The translations under genes were made by a program, and so were the position numbers. From Octopus sinensis (Eukaryota), in contig NW_021832423.1 of NCBI RefSeq assembly GCF_006345805.1, positions 1 to 61,658 on the forward strand: DNA of 61,658 nucleotides. Reading direction: 5' to 3'. Below the pieces are notes generated by a model that was not told the origin of the DNA, did no database searches, and was given only the letters and a program-made list of their open reading frames with translations. Positions 50,335-61,658 of the stretch are shown one piece after another. Positions within the stretch are counted from its first letter, which is position 1, and the number at the start of each line of letters is the position of its first letter.

Positions 50335-50562
50335 GGCGGCGAACTGGCAGACACGTTAGCGCGCCGGGTGAAATGCTTAGCGGTATTTCGTCTGCTGCTA
50401 CGTTCTGAGTTCAAATTCCGCCGAGGTCGACTTTGCCTTTCGTCCTTTCGGGGTCGATAAATTAAGTACCAGTTACGCACTGGGGTCGATATAATCGACT
50501 TAATCCGTTTGTCTGTCCTTGTTTGTCCCCTCTATGTTTAGCCCCTTGTGGGCAATAAAGAC
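50335..50562 (+). mobile_element. SINE family A, monomer
   Basis: ggcggcgaactggcagacacgttagc...gccccttgtgggcaataaag. Confidence 0.85.
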
Positions 50563-50763
50563 ATATCAGACATTATTAGAGATTCCAGTTGTGATTATCC
50601 CGTCTTCTCTTTTGGTTTTTCCTTTACTTTTCTTTTAATTTCTAAGCATAGTTCACCCACGATTCCCATTAATCAGTGTGTCCAGGAATTATTTTAATTT
50701 TAACTGTTCATTTATTTTGTCAAGCGAACAAGTCAAGTAACCACAAAAAGGCTCACGCGTTTT

Positions 50764-50795
<32 letters not shown>

Positions 50796-51829
50796 GGTGG
50801 TGGATCTAGGTCAGATAGTAGCGAAGAAGAGAGTTGAGAGGTTAAGTTGAAATCTTTTTCTAAGATGTCAAAGGCAAATTAAAAGTAAATAAATGTTTGG
50901 AAGAATGAGTGATGAGAGACGTTAAAAAACGAAGGATCTGTCTGTGTGAATCTGTGTGTGTGTGTGTGTATGTAAGAAAGAAGGAAAGGAGGGACAGAGA
51001 AAAGCGAAAGGGACTCTGAAATAGCTTGACCTACAAAACCCACAGCGATAAACTGTTGGTGAGGTGGGGGGGGGAGTACGAACGGCAGGATGGAGTGATG
51101 GATGAAACAGGAGACTAATCGGATCGGTGAAGAGAAAGTTGACAGTTTAACAAAATAAATAAATATACGTGACCCGCGAAAGTTGACACTTAACAAAACA
51201 AAATAAATATACATGACCCGCCTTCCTAGGTCACGGATCTTCAAATACGCGCTGGTCAATTCTGTATGTATTAAGGAGTGGGGGTGAGAAGTATCAAGCC
51301 ATCGACGGATTTCAGGTCAATATGGGAACGTCAACGTGCTAGAAATAATAACCATTTTCCCCATGAAATCTCACTGCAAATATAATTTCTAACACAAGCA
51401 CAAGGTCACAAATTTGAGAGATAAGGCTAATTTATTAATTATTTTTTTACTTGTAGGCATAAGGCCTGAAATCTTAGTGGGGCAGACTAGTCGATTATAT
51501 CAACCCCAGTGCTCAACTGGTATTTATTTCATCGGCTCCAAAAGAAGAAAAGGCAATGTCGACCTCGGTGGAATTTGAACTCGGAACGTAAAGACGAACG
51601 ACATGCCACTTAGCATTTTGTCCAACGTACTAATGGTTCTGCCAGCTTGCCGCCTTTACTAACCTATTAAAATCGATCTAAATACTCGATCTAAACATTG
51701 ATCCCGGAAGAAAGAAAGGTAAAGTTGGTCTCAGGAGGATTTGAACTCACATCGTAAATAGCCGGAACAAATACCGTAAGTCATTATCCGAAACGGTAAC
51801 GATTCCGCTAAAGGACTCACTTGTTGAAT

Positions 51830-52212
51830 TTTTTTTTTTTTTTTGAAGCACTCCGTCGGTTACGACGACGAGGGTTCCGGTTGATCCGAATCAACGGAAC
51901 AGCCTGCTCGTGAAATTAACGTGTAAGTGGCTGAGCACTCCACAGACACGTGTACCCTTAACGTAGTTCTCGGGGATATTCAGCGTGACACAGAGAGTGA
52001 CAAGGCCGGCCCTTTGAAATACAGGTACAAGAGAGACAGGAAGTAAGAGTGAGAGAAAGTTGTGGTGAAAGAGTACAGCAGGGATCACCACCATCCCTGC
52101 CGGAGCCTCGTGGAGCTTTAGGTGTTTTCGCTCAATAAACACTCACAACGCCCGGTCTGAGATCCTACGACCGCGAGTCCGGTGCCCTAACCACTGGGCC
52201 ATTGCGCCTCCA
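51830..52212 (-). mobile_element. SINE family C with poly(A) tail and 12-bp TSD
   Basis: TSD cacttgttgaat at 51818-51829 and 52213-52224; T-run to 51844. Confidence 0.9.
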
Positions 52213-53094
52213 CACTTGTTGAATAATATAGTCCTAAATACACACCAAAAAAAGGCATAACGGTCATGGATGGCCTGACTGGTGATGAAACGACAAAGCC
52301 ACAACATAATCTACGAATCTCGTGTCTACATCTGGTTTAAATTAAACCAAATTGTTTAGCTTCAGGCCAAGCAAGTCTAGCAACCATAGAGAGACTACTT
52401 CGAAAAGATAGTGTCTCTCTGTGGTCGCTCGAGCAACCAAAATTATCAGCCAAATCTTCTCCAAACCACGCTCTATCATCTTAGAAAAGAAAGGACACTC
52501 TGAACGATATACTCCCACCTAGACCATCCCTACACAAGTGTGCCCCCCTCCACTTCGACCTTGTTCATGGTAATGTACTTAGTGAAATTTTATACAAATA
52601 TATTTTTAATGGTGTAAATTCCGATTATATTGAAATAATGAGCGCTCACACAAACATGTTCATACAATTTGTTTCAAAATTTCGAGTTTCATAATGTAAA
52701 TATTATACGTGATGAGTGTCATTAATTATCACTGAACGTCCAATAATGTTTTTTCTTTACACATTAAATTCCGATATAATCGCACTCTACACCATCTGAG
52801 AGGTATCTGTTGAGCATTTCATTAAAGACATCCATTTTCTGGATCGTTTTAGATTTTTTTCTGTTTGGCAGCACATTTTGAAATTTAAAACTTGGGTGAA
52901 AATTTTCAAATTTGGTGTACTGGTGTAATTTTTCACGCCGAATCTCAGAGTCTAATTCACTTGTTTCAGAAAAAAAAATTTTAAGAAAAGTTACAGAGGT
53001 TTAAAGTATGTTAATTTTTACCCAGTCAGAAAACAGGATTTGGAAGCTATCATTTTGTGCGTGACTGCAATCGTAAGACGAGAAAACAATTATT

Positions 53095-53289
53095 CTTTTA
53101 TTCGTTTCAGTCATTTTGACTGCGGCCATGCTGGAGCACCGCCTTTAGTCGAGCAAATCTACCGCAGGACTTCTTTGTAAGCCCAGTACTTATTCTATCG
53201 GTCTGTTTTATGCCGAACCACTAAGTTATGGGGACGTAAACACACCAGCATGGATGTCAAGCATACACACACACACACACAATATATAT

Positions 53290-53361
<72 letters not shown>

Positions 53362-53520
53362 AAGATTTATATTTACGACGGGCTTCTTTCAGTTTCCGTC
53401 TACCAAATCCACTCACAAGGCTTTGGTCGGCCCGAGGCTATAGTAGAAGACACTTGCCCAGGTGCCACGTCGTGGGACTGAACCTGGAACCATGTGGTTG
53501 GTTACCACACAGCCACTCAA
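53095..53520 (-). mobile_element. SINE family B
   Basis: Complete tail, body and head blocks in reverse orientation. Confidence 0.85.
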
Positions 53521-54179
53521 CGTTGCGACGATAGCACGTTTTTTTTAAGCATTTATTGCGAAAAAAAAAAGAATAGCATCTAGTTTTAAGAGCAAAAAAA
53601 AATAACTAAACAAATGAAAGTTACGAGGAAATAAAGTCGAGCTCTTCCGAGATTAGAACACGTGTGTCTGAATAGCAGACTGGATCGTAAGAGGTGGAAC
53701 GTATTTCTGATCATCGGTCTGCTAGATCAGAATCGTTTTCGTGCTAAACGACGATATCATTAGCAACAGCTGCAGCAGCATTGACTTGGTGTAAATATAT
53801 TCGGCATTTAATCCTAAAATGTTTGATTTAGTTCTATTTGTTTATTTTTCAACAACGGCGATAAAAAAACATCCGGTAGTTTTAATCTGTGTCCAAGGTT
53901 TGACGACATTTTAGAAGACAGTTCAAATGCAGTTTAAGAATTCCTTCGTTCGAAAGAAGACCGGCACTTGGTCGAACATTTGCGGAAAGAGGTGGAGAAA
54001 ATTTAGTTTAGAACTATCATACTATCGGACAATCTAACAAGCGTCGGATAGAAGGCCTTGCAGTATCTGTTCCGACTCTCTGGTCCGAGTTCAAATTCTG
54101 CCCAGGTTAACTTGACCTCTCATCCTTTTATCACTACCACCACCATCATCATTATCAACAACAACAACTACAAATCCTG

Positions 54180-54577
54180 GGATCTTTTCGGTTTGAACGG
54201 CAGTTTTTTCTAGCGGTGTTATATGAAATTGTTACCCATAGTTATGACCCTAGAATCGATCAATTGCATTTTAAGGTTAGAGGTGGGGTAAGGTATTTTT
54301 TTTTCTTTACAGATGTAAATAAACCCAATCTGTTTCTTAAACGAGGGACATATTCATACGGCACAGAATGCTGTTTACCTCAATGGATGTCAGTGATTGG
54401 TTGAAATTGTAGAAATTGAAGAAAAAACAACAAATATCTTACAAACTATAGGATTTTCTCAATAAAGCCAAGAGAAAAAGATGTTTTATAAACACATTCT
54501 ACCAGTATACGAAGTTTAAAATTTTTTTAGTTACATAGAAATTATGTTAAAAACTGCCGTTCAAACCGAAAAGATCC
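54180..54577. mobile_element. GGATC-ended MITE, copy 4, with 8-bp TSD
   Basis: aaatcctg|ggatcttttcgg...ccgaaaagatcc|aaatcctg. Confidence 0.9.
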
Positions 54578-54872
54578 AAATCCTGGATACGACTGTATGA
54601 AGCCCCAGAACTCATAAGGTTACCTAGTTTCCACGGTGTATAAGCGACCGAGATCACATTGCCTCCTCCTGAACGGGACACCGGTCCGTCGCAGGGTTAC
54701 AAACAACTGAATGGACTGAAGCAGCGAAGCTAGAGTGTGAGCCGCCCGGGACAGGCATTGAGTTTACCGTCCCTTATCCGGGACCCCGTTATACAGCAGA
54801 CCCAAAACTGCTGTTTCCATAAAATCATCGCACGGGAAGATTGCCACCTCTACGCTATATATAAAGAAATAA

Positions 54873-55105
54873 AAGGCGGCGAGCTGGCAGAGTCGTTAGC
54901 ACGCCGGGCGAAATGCTTAGCGGTATTTCGTCTGCCGTAACGTTCTGAGTTCAAATTCCGCCGAGGTCGACTTTGCCTTTCATCCTTTCGGGGTCGATAA
55001 ATTAAGTACCAGTTACGCACTGGGGTTGACATAATCGACTTAATCCCTTTGTCTGTCCTTGTTTGTCCCCCCTACGTTTAGCCCCTTGTGAGCAATAAAG
55101 AAATA
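54873..55105 (+). mobile_element. SINE family A, young monomer
   Basis: CpG-intact consensus-like copy. Confidence 0.85.
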
Positions 55106-55338
55106 TATATATATAAAGAAATAAAGCCGATATACTTATTATATCCAAAAGCTTAATCTAATTATGATTAGCAATATGCATCGATTTCTCAATAGGTCAT
55201 CTCTCTCAAACATGTGCCACCAATGGCGATAATCTGCTCTAATGTGCTTCCACTGTATCATCTCGTGGAAATGTTAAGTCGTTTATTTAGCTGAATGCTG
55301 AGTAGAAAAATAGAAATGTTGCAGTAATATATTCTTTC

Positions 55339-55479
55339 AGGAAGTTAAATGTTTTGGCCGGTGACCATTGGTTTCGTACATGCAAAGCGCTTAACAGTAT
55401 AGGGCGACACGTCAGACACTGATGAGTGGCCTATACTGCCAATGGTCACTTTATGACCGGCCATAACATTTAACTTCCT
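55339..55479. other. ~140-nt imperfect fold-back hairpin
   Basis: aggaagttaaatgtt/aacatttaacttcct, tggccggt/accggcca, gaccattgg/ccaatggtc and cagtatagg/cctatactg form nested complementary blocks. Confidence 0.8.
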
Positions 55480-55839
55480 AAAAAATATGATACTGTAGGA
55501 CGTGAGGTTGGCACTGGATGGGTGCCTCACAATTCCTTACATAGTCGTGGAAAAGAAAATAGCGGGAACAAGGATCTCCGAACAAATAACAATAATAATT
55601 TATTTCGCCGAAAATATGCATTTCATTTCTGGACATCGGTAGCCTGGACGCCTTGGGAATGGAAGCAGCAGGGTTAGTAGTCAGACACAAAAATACGAAG
55701 GCATTCACAGACTCACAACGTCGCTCGCCGTCAGAATTCCAGCTCCATGAGTACAAGACACCTGCCTCACAATGAGACTGAACTCGAAACCACGTGATGG
55801 CAAAGCGAGCTTCTTAACCACACAATCAAGACTGCACCG

Positions 55840-56240
55840 AAGGCGGTGAGCTGGCAGAAACGTTAGCACACCGGGCAAAATGCGTAGCGGCATTTCGTCT
55901 GTCGTTACGTTCTGAGTTCAAATTCCTCCGAGGTCGACTTTGCCTTTCATCCTTTCGGGGTCGATAAATTAACTACCAGTTACGCACTGGGGTCGATATA
56001 ATCGACTTAATCCATTTGTCTGTCCTTGTTTGTCCTCTCTGTGTTTAGCCCCGTGTGGGTAGTAAAGAAATAGGTATTTCGTCTGTCGTTACGTTCTGAG
56101 TTCAAATTTCACCGAGGTCGATTTTGCCTTTCATCCTTTCGGGGTCGATACATTAAGTACCAGCTGCATACTGGGTTGATCTAATCGATTGACCTCCCAC
56201 TCACCAAAAATTTCGGGCCTTGAACCTAGAGTAGAAAAGA
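55840..56240 (+). mobile_element. SINE family A, dimeric form
   Basis: The body re-enters at aaagaaata|ggtatttcgtc (about 56070) and ends in the alternative tail gggccttgaacctagagtagaaaag. Confidence 0.85.
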
Positions 56241-56676
56241 ATCAAGCCTGCACCGATCTCGGTTAAATGATTAAAAAAATAGAAAATAAATAAAAAAAAA
56301 ACGAAAATATTTTTCATTCAATGAATCTTTTCCGATACGGTTTGCCGCAGGTGATTAAATATAGAACTGAATATTTAACATCCGTGTTTTCTTGTTTTTT
56401 TCAAGGGTACCTATTGATTTCTTTAACAATTTTATTATTCGCGTATCGCTTACATGTACTGCAACAAGTACAGGTCGAAGAGCTAACAAAAAAAAAAAAA
56501 AATACAGACCTCATCTCTACAAATCGACAATAGAGCGGGGGTGGGGTGGTGGAATTCTAATTACTTTTGTAACTCACGAATTTGAAAATTAAAGCTGCGT
56601 GTTTTTTTGTCTTTTTTCTTTTCTTTTTTTCTTTTCGTGCACCGAAAGGCCTGCAAATTTCTCCTGCCTTTCAAAC

Positions 56677-56896
56677 TGTAATCAATCTATTCCTCCCCAC
56701 CACCACACACACACACCAAATTGCTGGCCTTGTGCCTAAACTTGAAAGTAGTTGTATACTACCTCCTGTAAGCATCGTCGGTTAGGCTGTTAGATGATCC
56801 TCTTTTTTAACACCGCCATTAGGTCCTTGGGTGTCTTCAGTAGAGTTTATTTCTGTTGCAAACATTTGTAGTACCGATCCAGCCCCACCACTCCCA

Positions 56897-56930
<34 letters not shown>

Positions 56931-58009
56931 TATATAACGCGCGCAAACACACAATATCTCATATAATATATATATATCTATATATAATATACACACAACA
57001 CACACACACACACATTTCTTTTGGTCCCCTGCCAAAAGGATCTCTCCACCAATACGGGTGGAATCCTCCTACGTACTATTTCTCAACCAAGATGGTTCCT
57101 TTGTACGCAACACTCCTATTGATGAAACTTTCACGTTTCATAACCACTTTGCTTTTTTGATCGAACGTTCCACAACAAATCACTTGACCGGATATGTAAA
57201 ATATATATTCGATATTCGTTGCGATAACGATGATGACGGCGACGACAATAGTACCATTCTACAGCAGAAGTAGTCGAACAGATTGGTGGTTAGTGAACTA
57301 TCGATTTTTTTTCCTCCAACATCACGTTATGAGCTCGTGACCACTACACTGAATTCTCTAAGAGCGCAGGCCACCTAGCTGTAAACTGTTCAGGCGCGGT
57401 CCCAGGAATTTTTCGAAGAAAGGGCATAAAGTCAGAAGGGAATATAATACAGAGACAAAAGGGCGTAATAATATTATTTAGAAGGGCGCACTTCTTTTCT
57501 TGAGTGGGGTATGTGCCCCTCAGTCCACCACCCTCGGGTTCGCCCTTACCGTTCCTATAGAGCGTGTCGGTGGAAAAGAGTAACAGCTTTTCACCACCAC
57601 CAGCAGCTCTGGTTCGAGTCACAGGCAGTCTTGTGCATACGATTATCCAGTATGTGCAACGATTCATTTCACGTCCATATTATTTCGTCGAACTGTTGTT
57701 GGCTTGCTTTTCTGTGGAAGAACGAACAGCTCCCATGATTTCATAAAACCGAAGCGGTTGACACCCAACCCGAACGATGTTTTGCAGGGCAGATAAAAAC
57801 GAAGATGGGAGTGGTGGGGCAGGATCGGGTACTACAAATGTTTGCAACAAAATAAACTCTCCTGAAGACACCCAAAGACTTAAATGGCGGTGTTAAAAAA
57901 GAGGAGCATCTAACAGCCTAACCGACGATGCTAACAAGAGGTATCATACAACTGCTTTCAAGTTTAGGCACAAGGCCAGCAATTTTGGGGGAGGAATAGA
58001 TTGCTTACA
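56677..58009. repeat. ~200-bp imperfect inverted repeat (56677-56896 / 57806-58009) around a ~900-bp spacer
   Basis: For example, agcatcgtcggttaggctgttagatg vs catctaacagcctaaccgacgatgct, and gttgcaaacatttgtagtacc vs ggtactacaaatgtttgcaac. Confidence 0.9.
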
Positions 58010-58378
58010 TCGACCCCAGTGTTCAACTGGTACATATTTTATCGACTACGAAAGGATGAAAGGCAAAATCGACCTCGGCGGAATTTGAAGTCAGAACGTA
58101 AAGACGGACGAAATGTCGCGAAGCATCATACCCAGCGCGCTAACGATTCTTATTTCTTTACTGCCTACAAGGGGCTAAACATAGAGGGGACAAACAAGGA
58201 CAGACAAAGGAATTAAGTCGATTACATCGAACCCAGTAACTGGTACTATTTAATCGACCCCGAAAGGATGAAAGGCAAAATCGACCTCGGCGGAATTTGA
58301 ACTCAGAACGTAGCGGCAGACGAAATACCGCCAAGCATTCAGCCCGGCATGCTAACGTTTCTGCCAGCTCGCTGCCTT
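57955..58378 (-). mobile_element. SINE family A, dimeric form
   Basis: gaaaggatgaaaggcaaaatcgacctcggcggaatttga occurs twice (about 58050 and 58262). Confidence 0.85.
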
Positions 58379-58908
58379 AAGATAGCATACTATTTATTGA
58401 AGAAACCCACGTACCAAATGGTGCATGGTGTTAAACAGCAGAGCCACATGTTATGCAATATACTGCGCATTAATAAATAAAATTGCTTGCATAGAATCTC
58501 GTGTGCTGGCTCGTATGTAGCATATTTTTTTTATTTGGAGCGTGTGAGGAAAGTAGAGAGAGAGAGAGGGGGGAAGAGAGTATGTGTGTGAATGTGCGTA
58601 TGTGTATATATTGATGGATGTGCGCATGTGTGTACATCAATATGGCGCATATGCAGACGAAACGTGATGTGTTAGGGACCGAGGGATGAAAATACACTTT
58701 CACACCGTTTCTCTCTACCAACCTATCTCCTTATTTATATATTTCTGCGTGTGAGTTGTTTGTTTATGCATTTATTTCGAGTTCCATCAACTTATCTGGA
58801 CCATCCTGTCTTCCTCTCAACACAAGTATGTCGTATAATTATTGTTGAGGTTAACAGAGCTAAAAACCACAAAAAAAGAGATAAACACGGACACGTATAA
58901 AACACGCC

Positions 58909-58909
<1 letters not shown>

Positions 58910-58943
<34 letters not shown>

Positions 58944-59018
58944 TATATATATATATACATACATATATACATACATACATAACAAATACCTATATACATT
59001 ACATACATATACATACAG

Positions 59019-59051
<33 letters not shown>

Positions 59052-59459
59052 ACATCATATATACATACACATACATATACATATAATACATATATATATA
59101 CATATACAGACATATATATATACATATACATACATATATATACATACAGACTATACATACATATATAATACATACATACACATACATATACATATATATA
59201 GATACATACATACACATACATGTATATATTACATACATACATAGATATATACATACATATAATATATACATATATAGATATACATTAATATATGATATAT
59301 ACATACATATATATATATACATATATATATATACATATATATATATACATACATATATGATATATACATACATATATATAAATACATTATATATATACAT
59401 ATATATATACATAATATATATATACATACATATATATATACATATATATATATACATAC

Positions 59460-59490
<31 letters not shown>

Positions 59491-60040
59491 CATATATATA
59501 TTACATACATATATATACATACAAATATATATACATACATATATATACATACATTACATATATATATACATACATACATATATATATACATACATATAAC
59601 ATACATATTATATACAATATATATACATACATACATATATACATACATAACATATATACATACATACATATATACATACATATATACATACATACATATA
59701 TACATACATACAATTAGATATACATACATATATATATACATACATATATATATACCTACATAAATATATACATACTATACATATATACATACATACATAC
59801 ATTATAGATATACATACATATACATTATACATACATATACAATATACATACATACATACATACATATACATACATACATACATATATACATACATATATA
59901 TACATACATACATACATATACATACATACGCATACATATATACATACATAAGCATACATATATACATACATAAGCATACATACATATATATATATATACA
60001 TACATGCATATATATATACATACATACATGCATATATATA
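58910..60040. repeat. ~1.1-kb (TACA)/(TA) low-complexity tract
   Basis: Directly visible. Confidence 0.95.
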
Positions 60041-60159
60041 CATTTACAGAAAAACTATTGTTTTACCGTGAGAAAAGCGCTGTTGAAGTGTTAAGTGAAA
60101 TTTGGCAATCGAGGATCGAATCCACGCTATGCCTGCATGAAGCCACCACAAATACGTTG

Positions 60160-60660
60160 TGGAATAAAAAAAAATGTATCTACTGTCATGGAAAACGTGT
60201 AACTGTAAAAATGCAGAATTATCGGAGTAATGTGCATTCAAAGAAGTATGTATGTATAGAAATGTATGAATGAAGTCCTTAAGGTTTAAGATTCAAATTC
60301 AGGAAGTGCAATAAGAATGTTTAGCAGTTCAAAACTGAGAAGCGAAATGCAGAATTAGGTCGGCTGATCGAGAGAATCAAATATTGATCGCTTCGTTAAA
60401 AACTGCAGGTAGTATGGATTATTTCTGGAATCAAAAATTTATGTACTGTCATCGGAAACGTTTAATTGGGAAAATGCAGAATTATCGGAGTCATGGGCAT
60501 TGAAAGTGTACATGCATCAAGAAAGGGCAATAATAAGGTTTAGCAGTTGAAAACTGCGAGTAGTGAAATGCAGAATTAGGTCCGCTGATCGTTGGTTCAA
60601 ATGTTGATCGCTTCGTTAAAAACTAACAACTGTAAATGCAGGTGCTATGGGTTATTTCCC
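60160..60660 (+). repeat. Diverged tandem duplication (~265-bp unit), probably internal to a transposon
   Basis: tactgtcat..aaaatgcagaattatcggagt..gtttagcagtt..gaaatgcagaattaggtc..ttgatcgcttcgttaaaaact occurs twice. Confidence 0.75.
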
Positions 60661-61051
60661 TTGAGTGTTAAAAAAATATTGTGTAGGTGCTATGAGTTAT
60701 TTGCCTTGGGTGTTTAAAAAAAATAGTTATATAAGGTAGATATAAAGATCTCTTCCAGGGGCCGTATTATAGATTTTTTTCAACAATCTAAGTATGTCAC
60801 GAGATTTCCAGACATTAGTTCTACACACGTATCAAGTTTCAAAATAAATAAAACGATGTAGGAGGAGTTAACTACATAAACAATTTTCTAGATATGTAGT
60901 GTGTGTATATATATATATATATATTATACACACCAATTTATATAACAATATATTATATATTATATATATATATATATATACATACAAACACAGACACTCA
61001 TACATATATATATTATACTATATATATACTACATACAAACACACAGACACT

Positions 61052-61106
<55 letters not shown>

Positions 61107-61570
61107 CACACACATAAATACGTACATACATATATGCACATATATACATAGGTATGTACGTACGTACTTATGTGACAGTGTGTACATGTACATATAAATA
61201 TATACAAGTCATACATATATACATACATCCTAGCGCAAGCGTGTGTGTGTGTATGTGTGTGTGTGTAATAACAGGGACTACAAACTGGATAAAAGAACTA
61301 ACTGAATAATATTTAGATGTTATTTTATTCTTTAACTTCATACATTTGGCTGGTTGTAGCCATGCTATAACAACCGTCTTGAAGAATATGCCAACCTTCA
61401 GATGGCGAAACGCAAAACTGAGTAAATAAAATATATTTCGATATTTCTTGCCAGGAAACCAATTATCAAAGGAATCTAACATATCTGACTGTTTGTTTCG
61501 TCCATCCGTACGTACATCCCTCCCTCCATCTGTACGTACATACATACAGACACATATAATACATACGTAC

Positions 61571-61658
61571 AGCATTCACCAATTTAAACAAGGAGACCGC
61601 CTAGAAGAGTTGCAGGAGATTCCGAAGTCGCCAATGACGATTTATGAATAAATTTAGT
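61571..61658 (+). pseudogene. 3' fragment of the same maT-type transposase family
   Basis: gcattcaccaatttaaacaaggagacc..aagagttgcaggagattccgaagtc is homologous to the reverse complement of about 21425-21528 (AFTNLNKET..KS.R.F.S). Confidence 0.75.

Noticed and set aside
57862-57900. CTGAAGA-cacc..ggtg hammerhead-like motif in the inverted repeat arm
   Set aside because: Followed by ttaaaa rather than GAAA, with no helix III or helix I closure.

Overview
AT-rich, microsatellite-dense eukaryotic (animal) genomic DNA. The repeat families resemble those I recall from Octopus/coleoid cephalopods, which is an inference. No complete protein-coding gene is recognisable, and almost all long ORFs in the track are translations of simple repeats. 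The window is a mosaic of mobile elements: several tRNA-headed SINE families, an RTE LINE 3' end with a minisatellite 3' UTR, two R4/Dong-type RLE LINE tails in (TAA)n, a decayed DD37D (maT) Tc1/mariner transposon, 8-bp-TSD GGATC-ended MITEs, a piggyBac-type MITE and Helitron pieces. A few possible minus-strand exons of an unidentified long-intron gene are also present. The most notable signal is two unrelated 310-350 bp tandemly repeated units, each carrying a minimal Type I hammerhead ribozyme motif with a palindromic helix III (6476-7075 with a related copy at 2086-2300; 20689-21272). These are retrozyme / Penelope-terminal-repeat-like elements, and further degenerate hammerhead remnants occur at about 17.8 and 18.2 kb. 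Several long inverted repeats are also present (204 bp perfect; about 200 bp imperfect; 140-nt hairpin).
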